Under the pieces are notes generated by a model. That model was not told where the DNA came from. It was given only the letters and a program-made list of their open reading frames with translations, and did no database searches. Both the position numbers and the translations under genes were made by a program. Positions 9,419-19,426 of a stretch of DNA of 64,000 bases are shown one piece after another. The stretch is from the NCBI GenBank assembly GCA_041666205.1, contig JBAYHI010000001.1:90894-154893 (forward strand), read 5' to 3'. The stretch is from Patescibacteria group bacterium (GTDB taxonomy: Bacteria; Patescibacteriota; Patescibacteriia; UBA9934). Every line of letters starts with the position of its first letter. Within the stretch, counting starts at the first letter, position 1.

Positions 9419-12400
9419 ATGGCATATAAATTAAACACACTCAAGAGCACGGATTTTGACTCCATTCGCCTTCGTTTGGCCTCACCAGACATTATGCGAT
9501 CTTGGTCGTATGGCGAAATCACAAAGCCAGAGACCATCAACTACCGTACACAAAAGCCAGAAAAGCATGGATTGTTTGCGGAAGAAATCTTTGGGCCAAC
9601 CAAAGATTGGGAATGTTATTGCGGCAAATACAAGAAAATTCGTTATAAAGGCATTATCTGCGATAAATGTGGCGTTGAGGTCACACAAGCGGTTGTTCGC
9701 CGTGAACGCATGGGGCATATTGAACTGGCGTCACCCGTTTCCCATATTTGGTTTTTGCGAGGCGTTCCGTCAAAAATCGGTACGATTCTTGACATGAGCG
9801 TTCAGTCACTCGAAAAAGTCATTTATTTCTCAAGCTTCATCATTACCGATATCGATGAACAAGCACTCGCACAAACCATCGAGCAGGTTGAAGCCGAATA
9901 CAAGTCAAAAAAGAAGATGATTGCCGGGGAAGAGAAGCGAGACATGATGCGTGTTGAAGAGAAATTCAAAGACGAGCCAAAAAAATTGATCGCAGAAAAA
10001 CAGCAAATTGCTGAAATTACGGAAAAGAAGCTCGAGGAATTGGAAGCAGATTTCTTGAGCGTGGATCGTGATCTCAAAGAGATGAAGATCATGAAGATCA
10101 TTCCAGAAACCACTTATCATGATTGGTCGATTCGATTTGGACACATTTTCAACGCGGGAATTGGCGCAGAAGCGGTTTTGAAGCTTCTTGAGCGCATTGA
10201 TGTTCCAAAAACGATCGAATTACTCGATAAAGAAATCGAAACAACGAAATCGCGCACAAAGCACGATCGTATTTTGCGACGTCTCAAACTCCTTCATAGC
10301 TTGGAGCGCACACAAATCAAGCCAGATTGGATGGTCTTGCGCGTGCTTCCAGTGATTCCAGCGGATTTGCGTCCAATGGTGCCACTCGATGGTGGACGAT
10401 TCGCAACATCAGATTTGAACGATTTGTATCGACGCGTCATCAACCGTAATAACCGCTTGAAGCGATTATATGCATTGAACGCGCCGGAAGTCATTACTCG
10501 AAACGAGAAGCGCATGCTTCAAGAAGCGGTTGATGCACTCATCGATAACTCGGCACGCGCGGCAAAAACCGTTGTCGCAGCCACTGGAAAGAAGCGTCAG
10601 CTCAAATCCCTTGCAGACATTTTGAAAGGAAAACAAGGTCGCTTCCGTCAGAACCTTCTTGGAAAACGCATCGACTATTCAGGGCGATCGGTGATTGTGG
10701 TTGGACCTCACTTGCACATTGATGAATGCGGACTTCCAAAGAAAATGGCACTTGAACTCTTTAAGCCATTCGTTATTTCCAAGCTTATTGCACGGGAATA
10801 CGTTCACAATATTCGCTCAGCCAACCGATTTATTGATTCCGATCGTCCAGAAGTTTGGGATATTTTGGAAGAAGTAACGGCTGATTCATTTGTGCTCTTG
10901 AACCGCGCTCCAACTCTTCACCGTTTGGGTATTCAAGCATTCCGTCCACTCCTCATTGAAGGAAAAGCTATTCAAGTCCACCCACTCGTTTGTGACGCGT
11001 ATAACGCTGACTTCGATGGAGACCAAATGGCCGTGCACGTTCCACTCACAGAAGAGGCTCGACGCGAAGCAAAAGAAATCATGCTCTCTATTCGCAACCT
11101 TTTGAAGCCATCTCACGGTGGGCCGGTTGCAACTCCAGGAAAAGATATTGCATGGGCAAGCTACTTCTTGACCATGGTCTTTACGCAGCCAGATGAAAAG
11201 AATTTGAAATCCTACGGATCTCCTGAGGAAGCAATGTATGCATGCGAAATGGGTAAAATCAAACTCCAGGATTGGATTCGTGTGCGACGCAATGGGGAAC
11301 TCCTCATTACAACTGTCGGACGTTTGACTGTGAATGCATTTTTCCCAGAAAAAATCGGGTTCATCAATGATGTTATTGGGAAAAAGCAACTCGCAAACAT
11401 TGTGCGCGACATTTTGGAGTTCTACGGACAGGAAAAAACAGCCCGAATTCTTGATGAAATCAAAGACTTAGGGTTTGCGAGCGCCACAAAGTTCGGATTT
11501 TCATGGGGCATGGGCGAACTTCCAGATATCAAAGAGAAAAAGGCGATTATTGAAGAAGGAGATCGAAAAGTACAGGAAGTGGAAAGCTTCTTTGCGCAAG
11601 GGTTGCTCACGCAAGGGGAGCGCCACGTACAAATCATCAAGATTTGGACTGATGTAAAAGATCAAATTGAGGAACTTTCAAAGAAATCGTTGCCTCTTGG
11701 AAGCTCAGCGCAAACCATGATTGAATCCGGTGCACGTGGTGCATGGGGTCAGCTCACACAAATGGTTGGAATGATCGGAATGAAAGCATCTCCATCGGGC
11801 GACATTATCGAGCTTCCAGTGAAATCTTCCTTCAAAGACGGCGTTGATGTGCTTGAATTCTTCATCTCGTCTCACGGTATTCGCAAAGGTCTTACCGATA
11901 CGGCTCTTAAGACTGCAAACGCCGGGTACCTCACGCGCCGTTTGGTTGATGTTTCACAAGATGTCACGGTCCATGATGAAGATTGCCAAGACGAAGAGGG
12001 CGTTGTCATGACACATAAAGAATCCGAAGAAATTGGGGAGCCACTCCTTGTTCGCATTCTTGGTCGCTACACACTCGATGATATCGTCATGCCGGGCGGA
12101 CGCAAGGTGATTGTAAAAGCAGGCGAACTCATCAAAGAAGATCATGTTCGTGAACTCAAAACTGCCAAGAAAGAACTTGATTCTGCACACGTTCGATCGG
12201 TCATGACTTGTAAAGCACGTCGAGGAATCTGTCAGAAGTGCTATGGCTATGATTTGGCCTACAATAAACTCGTGAAACTCGGTACATCGGTTGGAATCAT
12301 CGCAGCTCAATCCATCGGGGAGCCTGGTACTCAGCTCACCATGCGTACATTCCACACCGGTGGTGTTGCAGGAAAAGACATTACGCAAGGGTTGCCACGT

Positions 12401-13447
12401 GTTGAAGAGCTCTTTGAAGCTCGTATGCCAAAGCGTAAGGCCATCATGACTGAGGTTTCGGGTAAAGTTGAGGTTGAAGAAGCAGAGCGATCTGTTGAGC
12501 AAGCAGGAACAGGAAAACAGATTACCGATACCCGCCCAGGCCAGAAAATCGTCCGCATTCGCTATACTGCAACCGATGAGCGAACCTATTTGATCGGACG
12601 AGGCGGAAAAATCACTGTAAAAGAAGGCGAGAAGGTGTCGAAAGGCGATGTGCTCGGGGCACTTTCCACTGGCGAAAAGATTTTGTGCGAAAATGAAGGC
12701 GTTGTTTCCTCGGTTGCGAAAACCAAACTCGTTGTCGTATTTGAAGGACAAAAGATCCGTGAATACGTCATTCCACAAGGTTATTCCTTGTACGTGAAAA
12801 CGGGTGACGAAGTTCGCGCAGGTGATGTGCTCACGGAAGGTCACCTTGATTTGCAAGCCTTGTACAAGTACCAGGGCAAAGAAGCAGTAAAACGCTATCT
12901 CTCAAAGGAAATCTTGGCTATTTACGCGTCACAAGGCCAGAAACTCAACAATAAGCACATTGAAATTATTATTCGCCAGATGTTTAGTCGTGTTCGTATC
13001 ACGATTCCAGGCGACACCGACTTCTTGCCTGGCGAAGTGATTGAAAAGACAACACTCTATCAGGTTATTGATGGCTTGAAGAAAGGTCAAAAAGCCCCAG
13101 AGTACGAGGAATTGTTCCTCGGGATCACAAAAGTTTCTCTTTCAACGGAATCCTGGCTCTCAGCAGCTTCGTTCCAAGAGACTGCACGCGTTCTTATTAA
13201 CGCCGCAGTCACCGGTAAAGTTGATACGCTTTCGGGCCTTAAGGAAAACGTTATCATTGGCCGCTTGATTCCAGCGGGAACGGGGTTCAATGCCGTACTC
13301 GATGATGGAAGCGACGAAGAACAGGAAGACGAACTGATTCCAAAAGAAGCAGTCGCTGAAATCGAAAAAGAAATCAAAGAAGAAGGACCAGGCATGGGCA
13401 CGGTCGTGGTAGAAGAAGAGGTTGAAGAAATGAACGCCAAAGAATAA
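9419..13447 (+). CDS. rpoC: RNA polymerase beta' subunit
   Basis: CYCGKY..CDKC Zn site, NADFDGD active site, GEPGTQLTMRTFH, SAASFQET. Confidence 0.99.
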   Translation: MAYKLNTLKSTDFDSIRLRLASPDIMRSWSYGEITKPETINYRTQKPEKHGLFAEEIFGPTKDWECYCGKYKKIRYKGIICDKCGVEVTQAVVRRERMGHIELASPVSHIWFLRGVPSKIGTILDMSVQSLEKVIYFSSFIITDIDEQALAQTIEQVEAEYKSKKKMIAGEEKRDMMRVEEKFKDEPKKLIAEKQQIAEITEKKLEELEADFLSVDRDLKEMKIMKIIPETTYHDWSIRFGHIFNAGIGAEAVLKLLERIDVPKTIELLDKEIETTKSRTKHDRILRRLKLLHSLERTQIKPDWMVLRVLPVIPADLRPMVPLDGGRFATSDLNDLYRRVINRNNRLKRLYALNAPEVITRNEKRMLQEAVDALIDNSARAAKTVVAATGKKRQLKSLADILKGKQGRFRQNLLGKRIDYSGRSVIVVGPHLHIDECGLPKKMALELFKPFVISKLIAREYVHNIRSANRFIDSDRPEVWDILEEVTADSFVLLNRAPTLHRLGIQAFRPLLIEGKAIQVHPLVCDAYNADFDGDQMAVHVPLTEEARREAKEIMLSIRNLLKPSHGGPVATPGKDIAWASYFLTMVFTQPDEKNLKSYGSPEEAMYACEMGKIKLQDWIRVRRNGELLITTVGRLTVNAFFPEKIGFINDVIGKKQLANIVRDILEFYGQEKTARILDEIKDLGFASATKFGFSWGMGELPDIKEKKAIIEEGDRKVQEVESFFAQGLLTQGERHVQIIKIWTDVKDQIEELSKKSLPLGSSAQTMIESGARGAWGQLTQMVGMIGMKASPSGDIIELPVKSSFKDGVDVLEFFISSHGIRKGLTDTALKTANAGYLTRRLVDVSQDVTVHDEDCQDEEGVVMTHKESEEIGEPLLVRILGRYTLDDIVMPGGRKVIVKAGELIKEDHVRELKTAKKELDSAHVRSVMTCKARRGICQKCYGYDLAYNKLVKLGTSVGIIAAQSIGEPGTQLTMRTFHTGGVAGKDITQGLPRVEELFEARMPKRKAIMTEVSGKVEVEEAERSVEQAGTGKQITDTRPGQKIVRIRYTATDERTYLIGRGGKITVKEGEKVSKGDVLGALSTGEKILCENEGVVSSVAKTKLVVVFEGQKIREYVIPQGYSLYVKTGDEVRAGDVLTEGHLDLQALYKYQGKEAVKRYLSKEILAIYASQGQKLNNKHIEIIIRQMFSRVRITIPGDTDFLPGEVIEKTTLYQVIDGLKKGQKAPEYEELFLGITKVSLSTESWLSAASFQETARVLINAAVTGKVDTLSGLKENVIIGRLIPAGTGFNAVLDDGSDEEQEDELIPKEAVAEIEKEIKEEGPGMGTVVVEEEVEEMNAKE

Positions 13448-13536
13448 GAACAAAAAGCGCTCCACACGGGGCGCTTTTGTGATTGGCAAAGATAGTGATT
13501 TATGGTACGTTTTGCCAAGAACAAACCAATTTTTCT

Positions 13537-14253
13537 ATGAGCGGACATAGCAAATGGCATAATATTCAAAAGCGAAAAGGCGCAGTTGACGCAAAAAAGG
13601 GTCAGGCCTTTAGTAAGATCGCAAAAATGATCTCGATTGCTGCAAAAGAAGGCGGCGGCGATCAAAATAGCAACTTTTCTTTGCGTTTGGCAATCGAAAA
13701 AGCCAAAGAAGTGAACATGCCAAAAGATAATATCGACCGCGCTATTCAGCGGGGAACTGGCATTGGGCTCGATACCGTGCTCGAGCCGGTTGTCTACGAA
13801 GGGATGGGTCCGGGCGGAGTTGCATTGCTTGTAGAGGCAGTAACCGACAATAAAGCGCGCACCTATGGCAATGTGCGAAATTTGTTCACAAAACACGGCG
13901 CAAATATGGAGGCGCGCGTACTTTGGATGTTTGATCACAAAGGGGTTGTGCGTGCCAAGGGCATTCTTGAAGCAGGAAATCGCGATGAGATCGAGCTTGA
14001 ACTCATTGATGCTGGCGCTGAAGATGTGCAAGAAGATGAGGGGGTATTGGAGATTCTTTGCCCAGTTTCAAAATTGCAAACACTATCGGATTTTGTGAAA
14101 TCAAAAGGATTCACGGTGGAAGACGCACAAATTTCTTATATCCCAAAAAATCCTGTAACGGTTTCCGACGAAGACGGGGAAAAATTGAGTAATTTTATTG
14201 AGGCGCTCGAAGAAGATGAAGATGTGACGCAGGTTCATACGAGCGTGGCTTAG
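13537..14253 (+). CDS. yebC: YebC/PmpR family protein
   Basis: MSGHSKWHNIQKRKG start, NMPKDNIDRAI, YEGMGPGG, TDNKART; upstream of ruvC. Confidence 0.95.
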   Translation: MSGHSKWHNIQKRKGAVDAKKGQAFSKIAKMISIAAKEGGGDQNSNFSLRLAIEKAKEVNMPKDNIDRAIQRGTGIGLDTVLEPVVYEGMGPGGVALLVEAVTDNKARTYGNVRNLFTKHGANMEARVLWMFDHKGVVRAKGILEAGNRDEIELELIDAGAEDVQEDEGVLEILCPVSKLQTLSDFVKSKGFTVEDAQISYIPKNPVTVSDEDGEKLSNFIEALEEDEDVTQVHTSVA

Positions 14254-14257
14254 ACCC

Positions 14258-14758
14258 ATGAAAAAAGAACACCACATTGTTCTTGGCATTGATCCGGGCT
14301 ATGGTCGATGCGGTTTTGGCATTATTGAAGCGCAAAAATCCGATTGGAAATGCCTCGGGCATGGCGTTATTACCACGAGCAAAGAATCAGAACACGCACA
14401 GCGACTTTTTGAGATTTCAGAAGACGTACGCGTCATTATCAAAAAGTATCGCCCAACGCTCCTTGTAATTGAGGAGCTCTTTTTTTCCAAAAGCACGACA
14501 ACAGCACTTAAGGTTGCGGAAGTTCGGGGAGTTATTTTGGCACTCTCAAATGAATTGGGTCTTGATATTGTTGAGGTAAAGCCAAATGAAGTGAAGCTCG
14601 CTGTCACTGGCTACGGACGGGCAGAAAAATGCCAAGTGCAAGAGATGGTGAAGACCTTATTTGGGTTCAAAAAAATTCCTAAGCCCGACGACGCGGCTGA
14701 TGCACTCGCCATTGCATGGACCGGGGCTTCGCGCCGCATTTTTTCCGCAAAGCATTAG
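14258..14758 (+). CDS. ruvC: Holliday junction resolvase RuvC
   Basis: VLGIDPG, IEELFF, VTGYGRAEK.QV, DDAADALAIA. Confidence 0.97.
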   Translation: MKKEHHIVLGIDPGYGRCGFGIIEAQKSDWKCLGHGVITTSKESEHAQRLFEISEDVRVIIKKYRPTLLVIEELFFSKSTTTALKVAEVRGVILALSNELGLDIVEVKPNEVKLAVTGYGRAEKCQVQEMVKTLFGFKKIPKPDDAADALAIAWTGASRRIFSAKH

Positions 14759-14795
14759 AAACCTGTAATGAATTCATGGTATCATTGGGGAAACT

Positions 14796-15314
14796 ATGGG
14801 GCGGTTTCGTTTGAAAAAATTATTGCGAAAGAAGCGGCGATTCTCATTTGATTTCTTTTTGCCGCTCGTTCGTTGGTTCCGGCCAAAACGCGATTATAAG
14901 AAATTTGGGCTAGCAATCCTTTTTTTGGCGGTTTTTTATCCATGTCTTGGATTTGCTTACTACGAGCTTTATTATGCGCGTGGAATCTATTTGCCTTCGC
15001 CGCGGGAATATCTGAAAGATCAATGCGAAGATCACAATTTAGACTTTACCTTGCTTGATTCGATCGTATTTTGCGAAAGTAATTGGAGAATGGTAAAAAA
15101 TTCTTCCTCAACGGCATTTGGTTATTTCCAAATTTTAGATGGAACTGAAGCTACAACCCCAATGTATGCCGAGGGCCTTCGAAAATTTGATCCATACGCA
15201 AATATCGATATGGGCGTTTACCTCTATGAGCGTGATGGGTGGTACCCATGGGCCACGTCAAAAGGATGTTGGTGGTGGAGGTATCAACGCTTGAGCGCGA
15301 CCGCAAAAAAATAA
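14796..15314 (+). CDS. Membrane-anchored lysozyme-like/lytic transglycosylase domain protein
   Basis: TM segment then CES catalytic Glu motif, AFGYFQI, DPYANI, GW.PW. Confidence 0.65.
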   Translation: MGRFRLKKLLRKKRRFSFDFFLPLVRWFRPKRDYKKFGLAILFLAVFYPCLGFAYYELYYARGIYLPSPREYLKDQCEDHNLDFTLLDSIVFCESNWRMVKNSSSTAFGYFQILDGTEATTPMYAEGLRKFDPYANIDMGVYLYERDGWYPWATSKGCWWWRYQRLSATAKK

Positions 15315-15345
15315 CCCTTCTCGGGTTATTTTCAATATTCATGTG

Positions 15346-15495
15346 ATGGCTTGCCATCCGTAGCCATGAAAAACTCGATTCGCGTCCTCCTTCGCTCTGT
15401 AAGAGCAGAGCTACGGAGGACAACCCTCGTTTCAGCTGACAAACCAACGATGGCTTGCCAACCGTAGCTTCAGCGATAGCTGAAGCGAAGGTTGG
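15346..15495 (-). repeat. Cluster of CCTTCGCT..AGCTACGG palindromic repeats in the tRNA-Gly 3' trailer
   Basis: Hairpins at about 15384-15421 and 15458-15495, plus repeated GATGGCTTGCCA(T/A)CCGTAGC at about 15346 and 15449. Confidence 0.75.
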
Positions 15496-15567
15496 AGCGG
15501 GTGAACGGAATCGAACCGTCATCTTCAGCTTGGAAGGCTGACATAATAACCACTATACGACACCCGC
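15493..15567 (-). tRNA. tRNA-Gly(TCC)
   Basis: GCGGGTG...TCAGC-CTTCCAA-GCTGA...GTTCGATTC...CACCCGCTCCA. Confidence 0.95.
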
Positions 15568-15616
15568 AAAACCGAAAATATGATATCCTAAAACCATTGG
15601 ATTGTCTAGATTTCCT

Positions 15617-16984
15617 ATGAAAAAGACTGTTTTTCTTTCGATTCCGTTTGTCTTAGTGTTTTTAGTCCTTTTGGGTGTCTTTTTCATATCAAAGAATGAG
15701 CAAGTCTCTCCAATCGAAGAGGAAAAAGGAAATCATTCCCAAATTGGACTCAATTTCATTCGATATTTTTGGGAAGAAGATGGGGAGCTCAAGGATTTCA
15801 GCGATCCGGCGTGGGTTGCGGAAGAATTTTCAGCGCTTGGCATTGGATTTCAGCGTCAATTGGTCACAGCGGATTTAACGTGGGGAAATATCGAACCGCA
15901 AGATGGTGCGTGGAACTTTGAGAGATCTGATGCGGTGCTCAAATCTACGACGGTTGAGCCAATCGTGACGCTTTTTGCCATGCAATACGCATCGCCTACG
16001 CCTCCATGGATGAAGCGAGGATGCACGTTCCAAAAAACCGTCGGTGCAGAGGCGCGGGATTATCTGGAAACGGTTGTGAAACGTTATGCGGACGACGTGA
16101 CATATTGGGAGATTGGCAATGAAATGGATCACTGGCGAGCGCTCGACGAGGCAGATGGACCAGCTGACATCACAAAATTGCCGTCCTGTTTGCCAAGCGA
16201 CGGATTCTCACCAGAAGAGCAGGGATTGTTTTTTAAACAAACAGCACAAATCATTCGCGACAATGATCCGGAAGCAATTATCCTCATGCCAGGAATGGCG
16301 GGTCTTAGCGACTACACGTTAAATACATGGTTTTACGGCGTTATTGCCGGCGGTGGCACGGATTGGTTCGATATCGTCAACTATCATTTCTATTCACCAT
16401 GGAATCAATTTTCGCCACTGCGAAAAAATCTCGATGCGTTCTTAAAAAATAATTTGCTCACTGGCAAACCAGTCTGGCTCACGGAAACTGGATCGACTTC
16501 GAGCCCGACGCTCACGCAACGCACAAATTATCCCAATAGCGAGGCGTCGCAAGCATCAGATATTTTCCGTCGCATCGTTCCTGCATACGCACTGGGCGAT
16601 GATGTGGTGCTCTGGCATACACATGTGAGCTCTCCTGACGAGCCTACAAATGATTGGAGGCTCTATGGCATCAACGATGACGATGGAAACCCGCAACAGG
16701 CGTATTATGCGTTTAAATTGCTTATCGACGAACTTCTGCCATTCACAAAGGTTGAAGTGATCAAAGAAGAAGGACAACGAGGACAAAATATCTACGAAAT
16801 TACACGTGAAGACGGCGCGGTAGTTTATGTGGCGTGGGGAGAAGGGGATCTATCCGTGTCCTCACTGGAACATGGCGTTTCAAAGATGACAGACGTTGCG
16901 TCAAATAATGAGAATTACTCCTGGTTGCCAGTTCGAAGTGAGGCGGTCGTATCCTTGTCAGATATCCCAATTTTGCTAGAATAG
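15617..16984 (+). CDS. Membrane-anchored clan GH-A glycoside hydrolase (GH39/GH5-like)
   Basis: N-terminal TM; WGNIEP, YWEIGNE acid/base, DIVNYHFY, KPVWLTETG nucleophile. Confidence 0.8.
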   Translation: MKKTVFLSIPFVLVFLVLLGVFFISKNEQVSPIEEEKGNHSQIGLNFIRYFWEEDGELKDFSDPAWVAEEFSALGIGFQRQLVTADLTWGNIEPQDGAWNFERSDAVLKSTTVEPIVTLFAMQYASPTPPWMKRGCTFQKTVGAEARDYLETVVKRYADDVTYWEIGNEMDHWRALDEADGPADITKLPSCLPSDGFSPEEQGLFFKQTAQIIRDNDPEAIILMPGMAGLSDYTLNTWFYGVIAGGGTDWFDIVNYHFYSPWNQFSPLRKNLDAFLKNNLLTGKPVWLTETGSTSSPTLTQRTNYPNSEASQASDIFRRIVPAYALGDDVVLWHTHVSSPDEPTNDWRLYGINDDDGNPQQAYYAFKLLIDELLPFTKVEVIKEEGQRGQNIYEITREDGAVVYVAWGEGDLSVSSLEHGVSKMTDVASNNENYSWLPVRSEAVVSLSDIPILLE

Positions 16985-16994
16985 CGTAGCAAAT

Positions 16995-17071
16995 CGGGCT
17001 GTAGCTCAGGTGGCTAGAGCGCTACGTTCGGGACGTAGAGGTCGCTGGTTCGAGTCCAGTCAGCCCGACCA
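16995..17071 (+). tRNA. tRNA-Pro(CGG)
   Basis: CGGGCTG...CTACG-TTCGGGA-CGTAG...CAGCCCGACCA. Confidence 0.95.
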
Positions 17072-17099
17072 TGGAATATTTACCCAAGTTTGTCAGCTA

Positions 17100-17171
17100 C
17101 TGCGTTGCGGGTCCCTGAATTTTCCTCACCGTACATTTGGGTACGGCTCAGAAAATTCATCCCGCGCCTTG
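17100..17171. repeat. Imperfect palindromic element between two tRNA-Pro genes
   Basis: GCGGG..TGAATTTTC-CTCA-CCGTAC-loop-GTACGG-CTCA-GAAAATTCA.CCCGC. Confidence 0.65.
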
Positions 17172-17212
17172 TATCTGTTAAACTTAGTAAATATTCGAAG
17201 AGCGGTTAGTGT

Positions 17213-17289
17213 CGGGCTGTAGCGCAGTTGGCTAGCGCGCTTGCATGGGGTGCAAGAGGTCGACGGTTCAAGTCCGTTCAGCCCGACCA
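17213..17289 (+). tRNA. tRNA-Pro(GGG)
   Basis: CGGGCTG...CTTGC-ATGGGGT-GCAAG...CAGCCCGACCA. Confidence 0.93.
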
Positions 17290-17372
17290 TGGAACATTTA
17301 CCCAAGTCAATTTTCAAAATTAGCGCATCCGATCCGGGTGCATTTTTGTTTGCTTCGCGCTATCATGGCGCT

Positions 17373-17933
17373 ATGCAAATTTATCTCCTCATCGTTAGCT
17401 ATTTGGTCATCTTCTGTATATGCGTGCTCATGATTGGCTTATTTATTTGGTGGATGAGTCTTATGCCAACGCGCGCGCCATTTATTCCGATCTCAAAGGA
17501 TGTTCTTCCAATGATTATTGATGCGCTCGAGCTCAAAGAGGGGAGCTATCTTGTCGATCTTGGATGTGGCGATGCGCGCGTCATTGAGGCTGCGTGGAAG
17601 AAAGAGCCCCGAGCGCGATTTTTGGGGGTTGATAATGCGCTTGCGCCAATTGTGATGGCAACATTGCGTTTGCGGAAATACAAAGCATCCACCATTACTC
17701 TAAAGAAGCAGAATATTTTTAAAACTGATCTCACGCCTATTTCACATGTATTCACCTTTCTTTTGCCAGGCCTCATGGATAAAATTTTGCCCAAGCTTGA
17801 AGCAGAGCTGGCACCAGGCACGCGAGTAGTTTCGTGCGATTTTCAATTTTCACAAAGGCCAGCAGATTTCATCATTGATTTGCATCGCAAAGATCATCAA
17901 CTCGGTCGCACACTTTACGTGTACATTTTCTAG
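17373..17933 (+). CDS. Membrane-anchored class I SAM-dependent methyltransferase
   Basis: TM, APFIP, VDLGCGDAR, LAPGTRVVSCDF; start moved to ATG 17373 because the longer ORF overlaps the tRNA. Confidence 0.88.
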   Translation: MQIYLLIVSYLVIFCICVLMIGLFIWWMSLMPTRAPFIPISKDVLPMIIDALELKEGSYLVDLGCGDARVIEAAWKKEPRARFLGVDNALAPIVMATLRLRKYKASTITLKKQNIFKTDLTPISHVFTFLLPGLMDKILPKLEAELAPGTRVVSCDFQFSQRPADFIIDLHRKDHQLGRTLYVYIF

Positions 17934-17973
17934 CCCTTGTGGCATGTCGGTTTGAGCGGTACAGTTGCAGTAT

Positions 17974-18900
17974 ATGGGGCAGAAATCTTGTGAGAAATTT
18001 CCAATTGAACCAATTCTCAAGGAATATTTTGATTCCTGGTCGCCAATTTTTCCAGTGGACGCTGGGCTCGTGAATTGCGTTTACACGTTCGAGGCAGGGG
18101 AGGAAAAATACGTACTCCGGGTTTATGCGCCAACGGCGTATATTGAGCGTTCAAAGGATTCACTTCTGGCAGAGCTAGATGTGATGGCATTGTTTGGAAG
18201 TACTGGGGTCCCGGTGCAAGAACCGATTCCAAATCGTTCTGGCGAGCTTGTAACAGCGGGGCAGGGGTATTTTGCAATTGTGTTCCAATATATCGAAGGC
18301 ACGCATGCATACGGCGCGCTTCTTCCAGTGCATTTTCGTGAAATGGGGGGTCTGATGGCAGATATGCATCGCGCTGCAATTGAACTGCGTCCAGCATGTG
18401 AAAAGAAGTGGGATGGGAAGGATTTTTGGGAGTATGTATGGGGATTGGGAGACTTAGAACGTGATGATTTAGGAGAGCTCCTGCTTGCGTCAAAAAAAGA
18501 TAAGGAGATTTTGGAGACGGCGAATCATTATTGTATCCACGGAGATTTTCATTTTGGAAATGTCTTGTTCAAGGGCAATACACTTGCGGCACTTTTGGAT
18601 TTTGATAATTATCGTTTGGGGGATGCAGCTGACGATATCGCACGATTTTTCGTGGCTGAACTTTCTTATGCAGAGCCAAATGTCTATTCGCAGAGCCAGG
18701 GAAAAATACAGGCTTTTTTCGAAGAATATCAGATTCATCGACCAATGGATCCTGCTGAGGTTCAGCTCCTTTTTGCCTACCTTCGCCTTCATGAGCTTTA
18801 CCAGACGATTCGTCTTGGTCACGAGAAGCCCGAGAAACTTCCTTATTTCCACGAGCAAATGCATGACCTTTGGGAATGGGTGAAAGAGATTTGTCATTAA
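17974..18900 (+). CDS. APH/type II homoserine kinase-like phosphotransferase
   Basis: YVLRVY, IHGDFHFGNVLF, LLDFD, DDIA motifs. Confidence 0.85.
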   Translation: MGQKSCEKFPIEPILKEYFDSWSPIFPVDAGLVNCVYTFEAGEEKYVLRVYAPTAYIERSKDSLLAELDVMALFGSTGVPVQEPIPNRSGELVTAGQGYFAIVFQYIEGTHAYGALLPVHFREMGGLMADMHRAAIELRPACEKKWDGKDFWEYVWGLGDLERDDLGELLLASKKDKEILETANHYCIHGDFHFGNVLFKGNTLAALLDFDNYRLGDAADDIARFFVAELSYAEPNVYSQSQGKIQAFFEEYQIHRPMDPAEVQLLFAYLRLHELYQTIRLGHEKPEKLPYFHEQMHDLWEWVKEICH

Positions 18901-19031
18901 ACAAAAAAGAGGCTCGATTGAGCTTCTCTTTTGGCAATGCTTTGCGTGGCTATCACCGAGCTTAGCCTGCTTTTTGTTTCCGCGACGAACGCTCAGCGTT
19001 CGTCATCTCACAGAAACCGAGCTAAGCTCGG

Positions 19032-19108
19032 TGGTGGGTGTGGATGGACTCGAACCATCGACCTCAGTCTTATCAGGACTGCGCTCTAACCACCTGAGCT
19101 ACACACCC
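19032..19108 (-). tRNA. tRNA-Ile(GAT)
   Basis: GGGTGTG...CAGTC-CTGATAA-GACTG...CACACCCACCA. Confidence 0.95.
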
Positions 19109-19210
19109 ATTGATCAAAAAATTGTGCCGTTATCATAACGAAAAACCCTTGAACCGTCAAGCGGAGTCCCTTGCAAGAAAAGCCGTTTTCTGATATATTC
19201 TTTTCACATT

Positions 19211-19287
19211 CGGGCTGTAGCTCAGATGGCTAGAGCGCCTGGTTTGGGACCAGGAGGTCGCTGGTTCGAGCCCAGTCAGCCCGACCA
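19211..19287 (+). tRNA. tRNA-Pro(TGG)
   Basis: CGGGCTG...CCTGG-TTTGGGA-CCAGG...CAGCCCGACCA. Confidence 0.95.
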
Positions 19288-19301
19288 TGTAAAATTGAAG
19301 T

Positions 19302-19376
19302 GCCGAGGTAGCTCAGTGGTAGAGCAGAGGTCTGAAGAACCTCGTGTCGTGAGTTCAATTCTCACCCTCGGCACCA
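19302..19376 (+). tRNA. tRNA-Phe(GAA)
   Basis: GCCGAGG...GAGGT-CTGAAGA-ACCTC...CCTCGGCACCA. Confidence 0.95.
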
Positions 19377-19426
19377 GATAAGAATGAATTCCCCGAGAGG
19401 GGATTTTTGATATAAAATATCTGCAT

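Noticed and set aside
9830-10110. Coiled-coil insertion in the RpoC N-terminal region
   Set aside because: Lineage-specific beta' insertions at this position are well known (e.g. Actinobacteria); not novel
17241-17372. N-terminal extension of the methyltransferase
   Set aside because: Overlaps tRNA-Pro(GGG); ATG 17373 follows a -10 box
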